NCBI GenBank assembly: GCA_001179505.1 | Contig: CDMY01001057.1 | Location: forward strand, 124,001-188,000 | Origin: Vitrella brassicaformis CCMP3155 | Lineage: Eukaryota; Protista; Chromerida | Direction: 5' to 3' | DNA: 64,000 bases | Shown here: positions 13,026-26,200 of the stretch, one piece after another | Numbering within the stretch: the stretch's first letter is position 1 | How the letters are laid out: each line of letters starts with the position of its first letter | Translations under genes and position numbers: made by a program | The notes under the pieces: model-generated | The model's input: the letters and a program-made list of their open reading frames with translations, nothing else | Told to the model about the DNA's origin: nothing | The model's database searches: none

Positions 13026-14336
13026 ATGTCCGAGAGCAACACGCCGCTGATAGAACACCGGCTGTTTCGGGACTTCGCCGGTCATGAGAGAGGACGCTGC
13101 ACACGTGCACAGCGCCCATGCATCCATCCGCTCACTTCCTGTGTGTCGTGGCAATGTCACGTTATGTCAGGTTGGAAGCAGCATGCCAAGGGCGGCCCGG
13201 CGCTGCTGTCTGTGTCGGCTGTAGTGGGTGGAACGCTTCAGGTCCTCGCAGGTGCGTGGGCGGGAGGGCCCTGTGTGCTGGTCGGCTACCTGCACGCGGG
13301 GCGCGACACCATCCATCCATCCATGTCTGCATTGGATGCGCTCCTCTCTCTCTCTCTCTCTCTCTTGTGCAGGTTTGGTGACCGCTCTGACGCAATTGCT
13401 GACACTGCGTCCACTCATTGCCCTGCTCAACATATACATGATCGTCTTCGGGCTATTCATCATCGCTATCGAGGTGGGCGCAGGCAGCGATTCTGTATGA
13501 TGTCTATCCACTCTGTGTGACGCGCGTGTATGTGGATGCAGGTGGCGAGATGGACCACATTTCTGGGCATCCGGCACTGGCTGCAGCAGTGGTTCAGATT
13601 CACACAGAGATGTGAGGGAGCTGACTGAACGGCCACAAGAACACAGCGAGAGTATGGTGTGTGCGTGTGTGTGTGCGTGTGTGTGTGTACAGGCATCGGC
13701 CGTGGTGTGCTTCACCTTTTTGTAGCAACGTTTGCTCTCATACAGTTCCCAAACCCACTGTCGACCGTCACAGGTAGCCGACACCAACCAGCAAAGCCGT
13801 CAGATGCACGTCATGTCATGTCATGTCTGCACGTCCTTGATGCATCCATCGACTGCAGGTGCCATACTGGGCCTGGTCGGCATCGCGACTATCATAACGG
13901 GCATCTACGCGGGCTTCAAAGTGCAGGAACTCCACCAGGTGCGTATGTGCCTATGTGCTGCCCAGACTGACACGCCCATCCATTAATGGCATTGATGAAC
14001 GAATGTGCCCGCCCGCCCGTCTGCATGTGTGTGTCCTGTCGTGTCCTGCAGGAGTTGAAGGCCAAGTGTGGGGCCATCGACCGTGCTGGCGGCGAGGGCC
14101 CCTTGGGCTACGCTGAGGTGAAGTGGCAGTTCGCCCTGATGGATCAGGACGGCAGCGGCCAGGTGACGCGCAACGAGCTGGACGGGTGGCTCAAGAAGAA
14201 CAACATTGCCGTGAGCGAGCTGGAGCTGGAGGCACTCATGGCCTACCTCGACCCTGACGGCTCCGGGAGCGTCAACCTGGATGAATTCTATGCCTGGTTC
14301 ATCTCCAGGCACGGCTGGGGGCCAGCGTGGGTGTAG
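13026..14336 (+). CDS. Multi-pass membrane protein (TVP15/COPI-associated-like) fused to a C-terminal EF-hand pair
   Basis: About four hydrophobic helices (LSVSAVVGGTLQVLAG; LLNIYMIVFGLFIIAIE; GRGVLHLFVATFAL; GAILGLVGIATIITGIY), then EF loops DQDGSGQVTRNE and DPDGSGSVNLDE. EF-hands are clear; the TVP15 family call rests on the YxxxFGLxIxxxE and GRGxxxxF patterns. Confidence 0.8.
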
Positions 14337-15109
14337 AGAGAGAGGCGGGGAGGCAGACAGGCAGGCAGGCCACGGCGAGTGGGTGAGCGGATCTGTAGCC
14401 ATTCACTGCGTAGGTAGGCGCTTCTAAGGTATTTTTCGATGTGAGCCGAAGGTGGGCGGATGGCTGGGTGATATCTGGCATCGTCGTCCTTTGCTCTTGC
14501 CTCGGTGGGAAGGATCTCGCGCAGTGGCAGGCGTTCATGCGACTGCCTGCCACTGAGTGGCGTGCTTCTCCCGGAGCTCAGAACAGAGAGACGAGACGGC
14601 CACAGCAACACAGATTTGTGGCAGGCAGGCCCTGTGCACCCACAGAGGCCTTTTATGTATGCATGTGCGTGTGTGGGTGTGCATGTGGGCATGTGTGTGT
14701 AAGCGCTGCGTATATGCGTCCGTCCCAATTTTCTCGCCATGCCACCATGCGTGATTTTCCATGCGCTTTATGGGACTGTGTGAGGCGCTTGACAATTCAG
14801 AACAGCCAACGCGTTAGTTCTCATGTCGGTGTGTCTGCGTGTCTGCGTGTACGGTATATATATGTGTGTGTGTGTGTGAACACTGTGTGCGTACATATGC
14901 GCCACCATCCGTGTGTGAAGATTCATCCGTGCGTGTGGACAGCTCTCAATTGATACGTACGTACGTATGCCTCTCTGCCTTCCGATGTCAGAGCAGATAT
15001 CAACGTCCCTCTAACCCTCTGCCTTCCTGATGCTCTTCATTTGCGCGCACCACAATCTTCTCTGCCATTCGCCCCCCCCCCCCAAAACACACACACACAC
15101 ACACACACA

Positions 15110-15409
15110 NNNNNNNNNNNNNNNNNNNNNNNNNNNNNNNNNNNNNNNNNNNNNNNNNNNNNNNNNNNNNNNNNNNNNNNNNNNNNNNNNNNNNNNNNNN
15201 NNNNNNNNNNNNNNNNNNNNNNNNNNNNNNNNNNNNNNNNNNNNNNNNNNNNNNNNNNNNNNNNNNNNNNNNNNNNNNNNNNNNNNNNNNNNNNNNNNNN
15301 NNNNNNNNNNNNNNNNNNNNNNNNNNNNNNNNNNNNNNNNNNNNNNNNNNNNNNNNNNNNNNNNNNNNNNNNNNNNNNNNNNNNNNNNNNNNNNNNNNNN
15401 NNNNNNNNN
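15110..15409. other. Assembly gap (300 N) flanked by (CA)n
   Basis: Run of N. Confidence 1.
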
Positions 15410-15673
15410 ACACACACACACACACATCCGCCCCAGCTCAGCCTTCGATCACCTCACATACATGCCTTGACACGTCAGTCCAGATGTATGGCACACAGGC
15501 AACAATGACCCGGACGATCATGTGGACACGCAGTGGAAAAAGACCCCCCCGCAGCCACCCATCCTTGGATCTGTCGCTATCGCATACCGTACGTCTGCTG
15601 ATTGCATGAATCGAATCCATTGGTTCATTGGCTCAGGGAGTGAGTCAGTGTGTCGGTTCCTCTGTTGGTACCC

Positions 15674-16345
15674 TCACAAGTTGAGGACGTCCTTCTTGGT
15701 CGACAGGGCGATGGCAGCCGCCTCGTCGATGAGGTCGTCGGGCACACCGAGATCATTGAGCGTGGCAGCCAGATTCTCCATCACTGCAGAACACGCGCAC
15801 CGCAATGCAGCCAGTGACACACGGATGGATGGATGCCTGAACAGACAAATGGCTTCCTACCTACCCGCGTCAAAATGCGTTTCGTTCATGCCTTGAGAGA
15901 CTGGCTTCTTGTGCGCCTCTCGCATGCTTCTGCCTGGAAAGACACCCAGACATGATTGTTGAGTTCTGTTCTGGCCCTCGTCGTTGTGCTCGTTACCGTT
16001 GTACTTGTTCGTGCCACCGAACGCGAAGGTCAGAAACCGACCGAAGTGGGCTTTCTGCTTGACCATGTCCTGACACACACGTATGCACCAAAATTCATGC
16101 AGGAGACCAAAGGGAGCCCACACCGTTTCTGCGAAGAAGCGGTTGACCCGCTCGTCCTGTACAGAGCACACACGAACACCCCACACGTACTGCACCCCCA
16201 CGTGTGGCAGATGGGGCGTCTGTACCGCCAACATGCGTTCGTAGAACTTTTCGGTGGCGGTCTTCACCGCATCAGCGCCCCCGATTCTCACAAACAGAGA
16301 CTCCGGAGATGGAGTGAACTGAGTGTCCACTTGTGCCTGAGCCAT
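15674..16345 (-). CDS. Group I (2/2) truncated haemoglobin, GlbN/cyanoglobin-like
   Basis: Five exons: SLFVRIGGADAVKTATEKFYERMLA-DERVNRFFAET-DMVKQKAHFGRFLTFAFGGTNKYNG-RSMREAHKKPVSQGMNETHFDAV-MENLAATLNDLGVPDDLIDEAAAIALSTKKDVLNL*. Contains the GG motifs, TyrB10, GlnE7 and proximal HisF8. Confidence 0.95.
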
Positions 16346-16547
16346 TTGAAGCAGCGGGGAGGGACGGGAGAGATGCGAGCCGTGGGGGTGGGGGCGATTC
16401 GACTCCGAGTCCCTTCCGCTCCTTCCCTGCTCACGAGACGAAGACCGACAACAAGGAGTACGGCATTCATTCGCTTCTCATAAGTCCGCGTCAAGTCAGC
16501 CATCGGGGAGGGCTGCACCAGCCCAACCCCCATCTCACCAAGTAGCC

Positions 16548-19500
16548 ATGCGGAGGCAACAGAGCCAGGCCTCTGGCTCACGTCGCTCGTCCGGCTCCCC
16601 ACGGCGTTCTTCTGGCTCGCCCCGATCATCGCTGCTAGGGATAGAGAGGAGCTCCAGCGGCTGGGTGGGCTCGCCGAAAAGTGCTGGCAGCTCACCCAAA
16701 GCAGGCTCCCCCAAGAAGAGCCTGACCAGTGTGCTACAGAGGGTGGCGATGGAGGTACACTGAGACACACATTGTGTGTGAATGCAGCCGTCAGCTGATG
16801 TGTTAATGCGGTCCATTCAGGAAGACAGCCCGTCCCCCACGGCCAAGACCTCCCGCGCTCCAAGTCAAAGGCTCCCATCCAGGTCTTTCGCCAAAGGCAC
16901 GAGCTCACACAGGGTCGGGTTTGCCAGCAGGAGTGGAACCAAGGTACGTATGTCGGCCACCACTATGTCTCGCCTGTGAGACAGAAGCCTCTGTGCGTGT
17001 GATGGCCCTCTCTGCGTGCAGGATGTGAGCCCGCCCACGTCTCCGACCGCCCATGAGAAGAGTCTGGCGGAGCGACTGCGCGAAACCATGCGTAAGGACA
17101 GCTCGAAGGACGGGGCGAGGGAGACCTTCAGCAGCAGGAGGAGCATCGTCATCACCGATGAGGGCGAGGTGGTGCCGGCGGCAGTCACCCCATCCAATGT
17201 GAGGGCCATATCCGCGTGGGCCAACATCCGGACGCAGTTCAGGGCAGCCAAGATCGCTCAGGGCGCGACGAACCTTGTGGCTGACATCCTATCGTCATCA
17301 AGACGGAGAGGTGGGGCGACAGACAGACAGACAGACAGACAGACAGAGAGGCATTGGATTGTGGTGCGTCACTGCGTGTAGCTGAAGTTGCCCCCGAGTC
17401 TCGGCGTGCTGCTGACCCGCTGCAGGAGCAGCTGCAGCAGCTCGACGGATTCGTCAAAGAGCTCGAGATAGAGCTGCAAAACAAGGTAAGGAGGAGACAC
17501 GAGTGTCTCCCGGTCGCCCACAGACGGATGTGTACCATACCAAACACGTGTGTGCGTATGTCAGGAGGAGGAGATAGTGACCCTCAACGCCCAGCTGGTC
17601 TGCATTGCATACGCAGCACATACATCATGTCTGTCCATCCCTGTGTGTCATCCATACATGTGATTTATGTATCAGATGGAGGCCAAACGTCGAGAGCGCT
17701 TATCGCTGGAAATGAAACAGCAATGGGTGAGTGGCTGGCTGGATACCAGCAGCACGGCATCCACGCCACCAACCTCCATCACTCTCTCTCCGTGTGTCCC
17801 GTGCTTGCTTTCAGGCGCCGCCGCAATCGAATATCGCAAAGGAGTATGACGACATGGTGGAGGAGCTGCACCACCTGGAGGAGCAGTTCAAGCAGCTTCA
17901 GTCGGCTCACGACCGCATACGAGTGGATCACAACGATGCCACAGAGGAGAACAGGGAACTCACCAAGCAACTCGAAGACGCACAGATGGTATGTATGTGT
18001 GTGTGTACATGTATGCACGGCGGCAGGAGAGAGAGAGTGCACGCGTGCCTACCTTCGTGTGTGTGTTTCCATTGGATGTGTGCAGGAATTGAGGAGTCTG
18101 AGGAAGTCAGAGGGCGACCTTCGCAAGTCGACGGCTGACCTCAAAAAGGAACTGTCAACCATGAAAGTCAGCACACACGAAAAGTGAGAGGGGCAATGCG
18201 TGCAGCTGCTCTTGCGTCTCTCACTTACACGCAGAAAAAGAGCGCATTGAGTCAGGCGATCAAGCTGGGATTCACGCAGACAGCCACTGAGAAGGCTGCT
18301 GTGAAGGAGGAGGCATTTCAGGAGGAGAAAACCGCACTCGAGAAGGAACTGTAAGGGCCATCCCAGTAGTGACTGATTGATGTGATGGTGTGTGTATGGC
18401 ACGGCTGCAGGGAGGAGAAGCGGCAAGATGCTGCGCGTCTGCAGGCTTCAAGTGACCAGTGGGAGAATCGATGCGCAATACTCGAGGAGTACAGCAAGAG
18501 AATGGAGATGGAAAAGGTGAGACTGACGTGGATAGCTGACGCAGAACAGGAATGTCGACACCGGTCTCTCTTCCTGTCCTCTCTGTTTCTGTTGGGTTGT
18601 CTGTGTCTGTGTCTTGGGCTGTCTGCAACTATTCAGCGTGAGTTGCAGGACCTGCTCGACGAGTATCGTCGCTCCAAAGGATCCATCACAGGCACACCAG
18701 CACACGCCCCCCAACGCTATAGCGAGGGAGCACAAAGTGCCGCCTCCGGCACGATGGCCGCCAGAGGTCAGACCCAGACACACACGGACCATTCCTTGAA
18801 CCATTCCTTGAACTGCTGATGCCTCCCTGCCTCGACTGGATGCAGACTCGGACGCCGGTTCTCCCATGGCGCAAATGGAGCCTATGGAGCCCGCGAAGGG
18901 GCCGAAACGCAAGGCGACTCTCGCACAGGAGCTGGCGCAGAGCCTGCGTGAGTTCCAGGCTCAGCACGGATACGGCGAGGGAGACAGCGACGAGGAGGAG
19001 GAAGAGGAAATGAGCGAGGAGGAAAGTGAAGAGATGTCACCTGTCGGCGGAGGCAGGTTCGAGCTAGAGATACTCAGGTCACGCACAGTGGAGCTGGAGA
19101 AGGAGAATGGCGGGCTGCGCGTGGAGATCAAAAAGCTCGGCAAACAACTCAGGACACTCAAGGTAAGTAGCTGAGAGACACAACCCACTTGCATACAGAC
19201 AGGTCTTCTATCATGTGTGACGGGTGTCAGACTGTGGTCTTCCCTGCCGAGGCGGGCATGACGCAGCTGCGCCGTCGCCACTCGGCTGTCGGTTTGGGCG
19301 AGGGAGAGCCCCGGCCATCGGACAGATCCCCGAGGGCTGCCAAGGCGGAACCGTCCAAGCGCTTGAGGTTCGACGTTCAGGTGATGGAAGAGGAGGAGGA
19401 AATCGACGTGTTTGACATCACGCTCCCGCCGAGGAGCTGGAGCGCGCCGGGGATGATCCGGCTGCCTGAGAAGGAGAGGGTGTCGGATCCAGAGAGGCTC

Positions 19501-20804
19501 GAGGTCAAGGTGGAGCCGAGCGCCCCTCCGGCACCAGCGTATGTGCTCACGAACGTGACACACGTGTATCTGACCATTACATGTCTCACGCATCTCCCTT
19601 TCTGTCTCAGGGTGCCTGTACCCGTCCTCCAGCTGCAAGCATTGCGCAAGCCCGTTGTCGCAGAGGGCACACAGACCTGGCGGGAGATGCAGAAAGAGGC
19701 TGCCATGCAGACGGAGAAAGAGGAGACACCACCCCCACCACCCCCACCTCCTCTCCCCGTTCATGTGCCGCCACCCGGTGAGCCGCCTGTGCCTCTGCCG
19801 CCGGTGGATACTGGTGATGAGGAGACGCTCAAGGCGCTGCAGGAGATGAGGGGGGATGTGGGAAGGCTGCGCGAGCACGTCAAGACCATCACCGATCTGC
19901 AACAGAAGCTCAAGGACAAGCTACGATACAGGTACAGGAGAAGGCTAGCAAGTGAACCGGGGACACGGGTGTCTCTCTACACATGGTGTCCTATGTGCTG
20001 TGCAGGTCATCTCCGCATCTTCCAAAGGCGCCTGCGCCCCGCCCCGTGGAGCTGGACAACAATCTCTTAAGACAGATGTCGCATCCGTCCCTCCGCCCCA
20101 TCCACATCGTACACCGACACAGCTACCACTTCCTCGCCCCGCCTGTCCTCTCACCCCGCATGCATCCCCCCCTCATCCAGCGTTCTCTCTCTCCCCCCAC
20201 CGCCAATCCCTTTGCTCGCTCGACGTCGGTGCCGCAGCAGACGCTTCCACCCTTCCTGTCTCGGTTGCCTGTCTCACCCGGTGTCACCAGCCAGCTTCTG
20301 GCGCCAGTCACGTTGGACCTGTCGGGTCCGATCCATGGCCCTTCACTACCGCATCGCACTCGTCCGCCCGTCCACCCGTTCCTCAGCCCCCGCGGACCCC
20401 CCTCGACCTCTCTGTACCAGTCGCCCGTGCCAGTGATCAGCCCGCTGCGTCTCGACAGGATGCCTGGCCGCCATGGTCCACCCATGGTCATGAGCGCCAG
20501 GCCGGCCGAGACACGCCCGCTCGTCATGGTGGCGGGCAGGCCACTCAGCCCACATGTGGATGACAGAGATATCCGGGGCAAGCAGGAAAGGCCGTCATGC
20601 TGCCGCCAAGGGCCCCCACCGCCTCCAAGACAACACAGGGAGAGGAGGAGGCTGAGATCGTCATTGGGTGAGGCCGGGCAGCCCTCGCAGCAGCAGGAGA
20701 ACAAGAGGAGGAATATTGGGCCGAAGAGGGGGGGCAAAGACAGGGCAGGGGAGACAGGCAAGGTGAGGAGGGCTGCAGGTGACCAAGGTTTGTGCTGTAC
20801 GTGA
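16548..20804 (+). CDS. Large coiled-coil hypothetical protein with Ser/Arg-rich N-terminus, acidic patch and Pro-rich C-terminus
   Basis: Many GT-AG-bounded exons with heptad-rich peptides (LQEQLQQLDGFVKELEIELQNK; VEELHHLEEQFKQLQSAH; ELEKENGGLRVEIKKLGKQL) and RRSSGSP repeats. The 3' end is uncertain. Confidence 0.7.
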
Positions 20805-21074
20805 ACTATAGCTGCATCGGTACACGCTGAATGGGTGGATGTGCGGGTGGGTGGGTGAGTGAGTGGGTGGGTGTAACATTATCGTGGGTCGGTCGGTCGG
20901 ACTCCGTGACTCTGTGTTTGCTCAACGCCATCTCCACGACATTCAAGTGCCCGCTGATGGAGAATCATCCAGATGAACACGGGTTTTCAGAGACACACGT
21001 CAGACACACACGCGAGCACCTAGAACCAAGAGCAATCACAGAAGTCATTCTGGCTCTCGCCAGATAACAAGCCA

Positions 21075-23125
21075 TCAACCGCACCGCGTAGCTCCAGGTC
21101 TGCGCGGGAACAACACATTGCATCGAGCTGCTGTCGCCAGCGAAGCCGTCGATCGCGAATTTGACATATCTCGTGGTCGTCCATCTGTGGAAAGGACGTA
21201 GCTATCAAGACGCCGTCGCCCCTTGCTCGCTGTCTCCACGCCGATGGGTGATGCAGGTTGAACTCCATTTGCACCAATGCTCGATCGTGGCTGATGTCTT
21301 AGCCTTGTGTAATATGGGGCAGGAATGGGGGCAGGTGTAGCGACCTGGCTCTGCAAGCCCGTTGGGTCTTCTTGCTTCTTCCCCTGAAGGTGTCTCCTTT
21401 TCTTCATTGCCGCATTCATGGGCGTCTCCTTTCCCTTTGGCTGTTCATCGAGTCGTTCTCTTTTCCCTTTGACCCGAGCGCCAGATGTGTGGGCACCGCA
21501 AGAGGAGGAGGCAGGCCCAACACCATAACCACGGAAGAAAAGAGGTACAGACGGCACTCTTCCCTCGACGGGCGTGGCCAGCACATTTGGTCGCACACCG
21601 TCTTGGTTAGGCTCCGGAAAGAGTGCGCGTCCCCACGGATGGGCGTGATAGAGTACTGGCTGGGGAAGAAAGAGTCCAAGCGGCGGCGGGGGTGACGGTG
21701 CGGGTATAAATGACATTGGTGGTGGAGGGGCTGTTGTTACGGGGCACGGGGGAGGAGAGGGCTGTATCGGTGCTGAGAGTCGATCGCAACTGGGAGGCAC
21801 AGACGGCTCCATACCTAAACGAACAGTCGATGAGACAGCGTGACAGACAGACCCATTCCACCGCCAAGCTCGGCTCGTGTCAGACCTTGATGAGGCTCTT
21901 CCACCTCGTGGTCTGGGGCAGTATCGGCAGCAGGGGAGTCAGGTGTGTCTGCGGGCGTTGACGCCTCATCCACCTGGTTGATGATGTCTTCGACGGACAA
22001 GTCTCCCTGCAGGGACCGGCGAAGAACACACCACTCGCTGTTGATCGACTGGCTGATGCGCTTCACTGGATGCATCCCATAGAGGAACATGCATCTGTCT
22101 CCTTGGAGAGGTTGCTGCTTGTTCTCTCACCTTTCTGCAGGATGGCATGGCGGTCATCAGGATCAAGGACTGGACCGAACGACTGCTCAAACTTGTCTGC
22201 ATACGAGCGTACAGAAAGGACGACAGATCCAGGCTTGTTTGGCTTTTCTCTTCGGTATGAGTTGTGACCTGGATGCCATCTCATTGACAACAGGAAGAAG
22301 GCACGCTTGGGCTCTTCAGCATTCTGCTGCAACCAATCTGCGAAAGAGAGAGCGGTACTAGCAAGATGTTGAAATCCTTGTACCAGCAATATGCTCACCA
22401 GTGAGAATTCGGTCCTCTCTTGGAGGCCATGGAACGTGGTAGCGGCCGATCAGCTGCATCACACAGAAGAAATACGAATAAGAGTTTGCGGCCATTCATC
22501 TGTCTGCCTGACGAGCGGCCACGAATGCATGTATGGCCGCGAACAACTCACCCGAGGTGGGTGTCTCTCGAAGTCACGCCACGCCATCTCGTGAGCCTCC
22601 CAGCTCGACAAAAAGAGTGGCACTTTACCCTCCAGCTGAGGCCGTACCAGAGTGTCTCCCTCACCACGCCGACCAACAAATTGCCGTCTTTCTCCGCCGT
22701 GTTTCAGTTGTGGCCATTGCCGCCGTTGACAAGCCGCGCCAGCGGCAGGCACCCGATGTCGCTGTGTGTGCTTTGCATCCGGGACCTCCCGGTCTCGCCC
22801 CATGTGTAGCGGATGCCTGCCGCTCTCGCTGTGACGAGACGACTGCTGCGTCCGACGGGAACGATAATGAGAAGTGCGGGAGATTGGGCTGCGTGGCCTA
22901 GACAAAGATGGCGACCTGCGGACAAAACATGAGACAATCAACATGCCTGATGTCTGATTGGACACTGCTTCGTGTTGCTTGCCTGCAGAAGCTGTGTGCC
23001 CTTGTCATTCGTGTCAGGAATCGTTCAAGGTTTCCGAGCTCTTTCTGAAACGACGAGTACGGCCCTTCCACCAGGTCACAGTCGAGACAAAGGCTCGGGC
23101 CGTCTGCCGACCGACGGAAATTCAT
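21075..23125 (-). CDS. Hypothetical protein with an NFKBIL1-like/partial J-domain module (RWHPDKF)
   Basis: Exons join as ...SSWEAHEMAWRDFERHPPR-LIGRYHVPWPPREDRILT-...KRAFFLLSMRWHP-DKFEQSFGPVLDPDDRHAILQK-VKRISQSIN... The first intron appears to use a GC donor. The start and low-complexity tail are less certain. Confidence 0.65.
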
Positions 23126-23263
23126 CGCGAAGCAAAACGGCAAGCGATCCGCTGTCTGCGAGCTTATCTCGCAGGACGAGAAGAGGCAGCTTCGCAGATC
23201 TCCTTCATGGCGTGATAGAGTGACCCGATCCTGCCAGCGTCATCGCTCTCGGGCACCGGCAGC

Positions 23264-26200
23264 ATGGGTGATTTCTTTGCCAACCTGAAGAAGGATCTGG
23301 CGGGCGGCAAGAAAGCACTCTATGAGGACAAGAACAAGCCTGGGAAAAGTCCGCCTTCGTCTGTCAAAACCGGTCGAGATGGGTCTGGGAGCAGCCCGAG
23401 CCATGTGGCATCCACTGGCAGCAAGGGAGAGATGCCCCGAGAGGTAGAGAGGCAGCCGGCCAGCCTGGGCGGGAAGAACCAGGGAGATCAGCCTGATGCC
23501 AAGACTACATCCTTCATCTTCAAGTCGGGGCAGAACAAGGTGAGCATGACACGCGCGAACTGCTGACTGTCTGATTGTTTCTTTGATTGGTTGGTTGGTT
23601 GATTGATTGATTCATTGATTCATCAGACCACGACAGACCATGTTGGTGCCGGCAGCGAAGCTGGCGACGGCGATGCAGACAACCACCAACCCAGCGGCCC
23701 GCCTCCACCACCAGGGCGTCAGATCAGTGCTGCCGAGATGTGTGGTCTGATAGGGCAGGTGCTCCCCACGGCCGACAAGTGGACACAGGGGCGCGCAATG
23801 AGCTTCATCAAGACGATGGCCAGGAAGGAGAGGCAGCAGCAGGAACGGCAGATGAGGGACCCCGCCACCGACGACCAAACGAAGAAGGTGCGTGCCATGG
23901 TGTGGGCGGTGCGGGAGATGTGCGCCCACGACCAGCTGGTGCCGCCAGACCAGCGCAAGAGCGTGCGCCTTAAGGAGGATTGCTCACTGCTGTCCCAGCT
24001 GCGCACCCCAGGCCACCTCGACCCGTCGTTCATGGACGGGCTGCTCTTCCGCCACGCCCTGCAGGCGTGTGTGGTCCACGGGGCGGCCGGGTCGCTCGAG
24101 GTGCTGCTGAGGGAGACGCTCGTAAAGCCGACCGACAAGGACAAGAAGAAGCTGAGGGTGGGTGAGGTGCGGGCCAAGATGGGCAGCAAGGTGCTCAAGT
24201 GGAGCCACATGTCACTGGATGCTCTCGACTCGTCGTGGATGTACCTGGACGAACCCCTCAATGCCGTCACTGAAGGTGGGCAAGTACACGAAGACAGACG
24301 GGTCGTGAGCATGAATGTTGCTTGTGTGGATATGTGTTGTCATTCGTGCATGCATCTGGTCAGATTATGTGAGGGCGCCCCTCCCTGTGCAGGCAGCCAT
24401 CGCCGACGCACCAGCACAGATCATGCAGGTGTGCCGTACACAGCACCCTTGTAGGGCAGCATGTCACGGATCTGGCCGCCCTATCACGGATCTACCTGTG
24501 TGCAGCTGCTGGTCGAGTATAATGTCGACATCAACGAGATGGGCCTCGTGGCTCTGGCTCCTCAGACCAAAGACAAGATGGTGACATCCCCACTTGGTCA
24601 GTGAGTGTCGTAAGAAAGGGCAAGACAGAAGGAGGAGTGCCAGATGGATGTGAGTGTGACTTTGGGTCCTCAGGCGCCGCTGCTTTTGTGCATTCACCTG
24701 AGACCCTCGACTTCCTTCTGCGGCAACCGCACGCCGACCCATCAGTCCTCTCCGAGGGAGGCCCTCTTGCCGGTCTCAACCTTTTACAGCTGGCCTGCGG
24801 AGCTCTACACGAGCCGCCGCCGAGCAGCCAGGATGATGCCGGTGAGTTACTGATCAATTGAGCCAGATTAGCTCGTGTTGAGACTCTTGTGTGTTGTGAC
24901 AGCACCCAAGCCCCCGCTCCAGCCCAAGGCCAGCAGCCGCAAGAGTCGCAAGAAGGCCGCCAGCAAGGGCAAGTGTGACGATTCACAAGTGCAAGAGGGG
25001 CAGCAAGAGGGCAAACTTGTCGACAACGGCGGCATTGTCCAAGGCGGGGAGCAACAGGAGGCCGGCGGCAGTGGAGACACATTCGACGCCGCAGCACAGG
25101 AATCAAAGGGTGGGGCTGCCTGGCTGATCGGGGAGGGGTTCAAGCTCACCCTCGCGAGAGTGAAGGAATTGGCACAGGAGAAGGAGACGGCCCGGCAGTC
25201 GAGTGCAGTGGCCGTGCTGGAGGCGCTCGAACATCACGGCCTCACGCGCAGCGCACCGGGCAAGGGCAAAGGGGGCCGCAGCAAGGGCCTGCACTGCCGT
25301 ACCATGGCGGGCAATACGCTTCTGCACCTGGCGGCCATTAATGGGTGGTCTAGGGTGGTCGATTGGCTCCTCGCAAAGGGAGTCGACGCCGAGGCCGTCA
25401 ACACGGAGGGACTAACAGCACTCGACGAAGCACGCCGAAACGGCTGGAAGGTAAGCGAAAGGAAAGGTCCGACGGCGGCCGGCCGAGGACAGCCATTGCT
25501 GTTGAGGTGTATTCTTGTTTGCTTCAGTCGTGTGTGGATCTGCTGGTTGCGCACCTCGAGTCGCGTCGGAAGGCTGTCGCGGCCGAGCTGCTGCACGAGG
25601 AGAGGATGGCGCGTGAGAAGGAGGAGAGGGCCGCCAGGAAACGAGAGCAAAAGCGACTCAAGGTACTGCTGTCATCGATCGCGTAGCCCTGAATGTATAA
25701 TGCCTTCCTGTGTGTGATTGCCATCAGCGGCTGTCTGCAACGGGTCAGCAGGGAGGGGCAACAGCCGACACACCGGCGGCAGATGAGGAGGTGGAGATGG
25801 ATGACGGCCCACAGCACGAGGGACGGGGAGTGGGTGATGTGACGGAGGAAGCTGCTACGCCGAGCTGCCCCCCAGACGCACATGACGACAGGTATATGCA
25901 GGACCGCCGACACCTCCATCTCGATACATCTGTACTTGTGTGGTCTGCAGTGTCGAGCCCGCCCTCTCTGATCAGCCCAGTGACCACCAGCAGCAACATG
26001 CCCTCAGCCATGAGCCTCCAGATGACATCGGCCGCTCGCCCATTCCCTCTACCGCTCTCCCACCTGCACACATCGCATCAACCAGCCACTTGTTGGCTGA
26101 CCCTTACTACCAGCCGCCCAGCTCATCGTAAGTCACACAGAGGGCCCTTAACACACATGGAGTCGATTGGTGGTGCCGTTTTGTGTTCTGTGTGTCATCC

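Noticed and set aside
15000-15508. ORFs spanning N runs (also 39916-40547 and 46506-47580)
   Set aside because: Artefacts of translating assembly gaps.
16560-16640. RRSSGSP tandem repeats as a CRISPR-like or regulatory array
   Set aside because: These are in-frame low-complexity coding repeats; no repeat-spacer array exists anywhere in the window.
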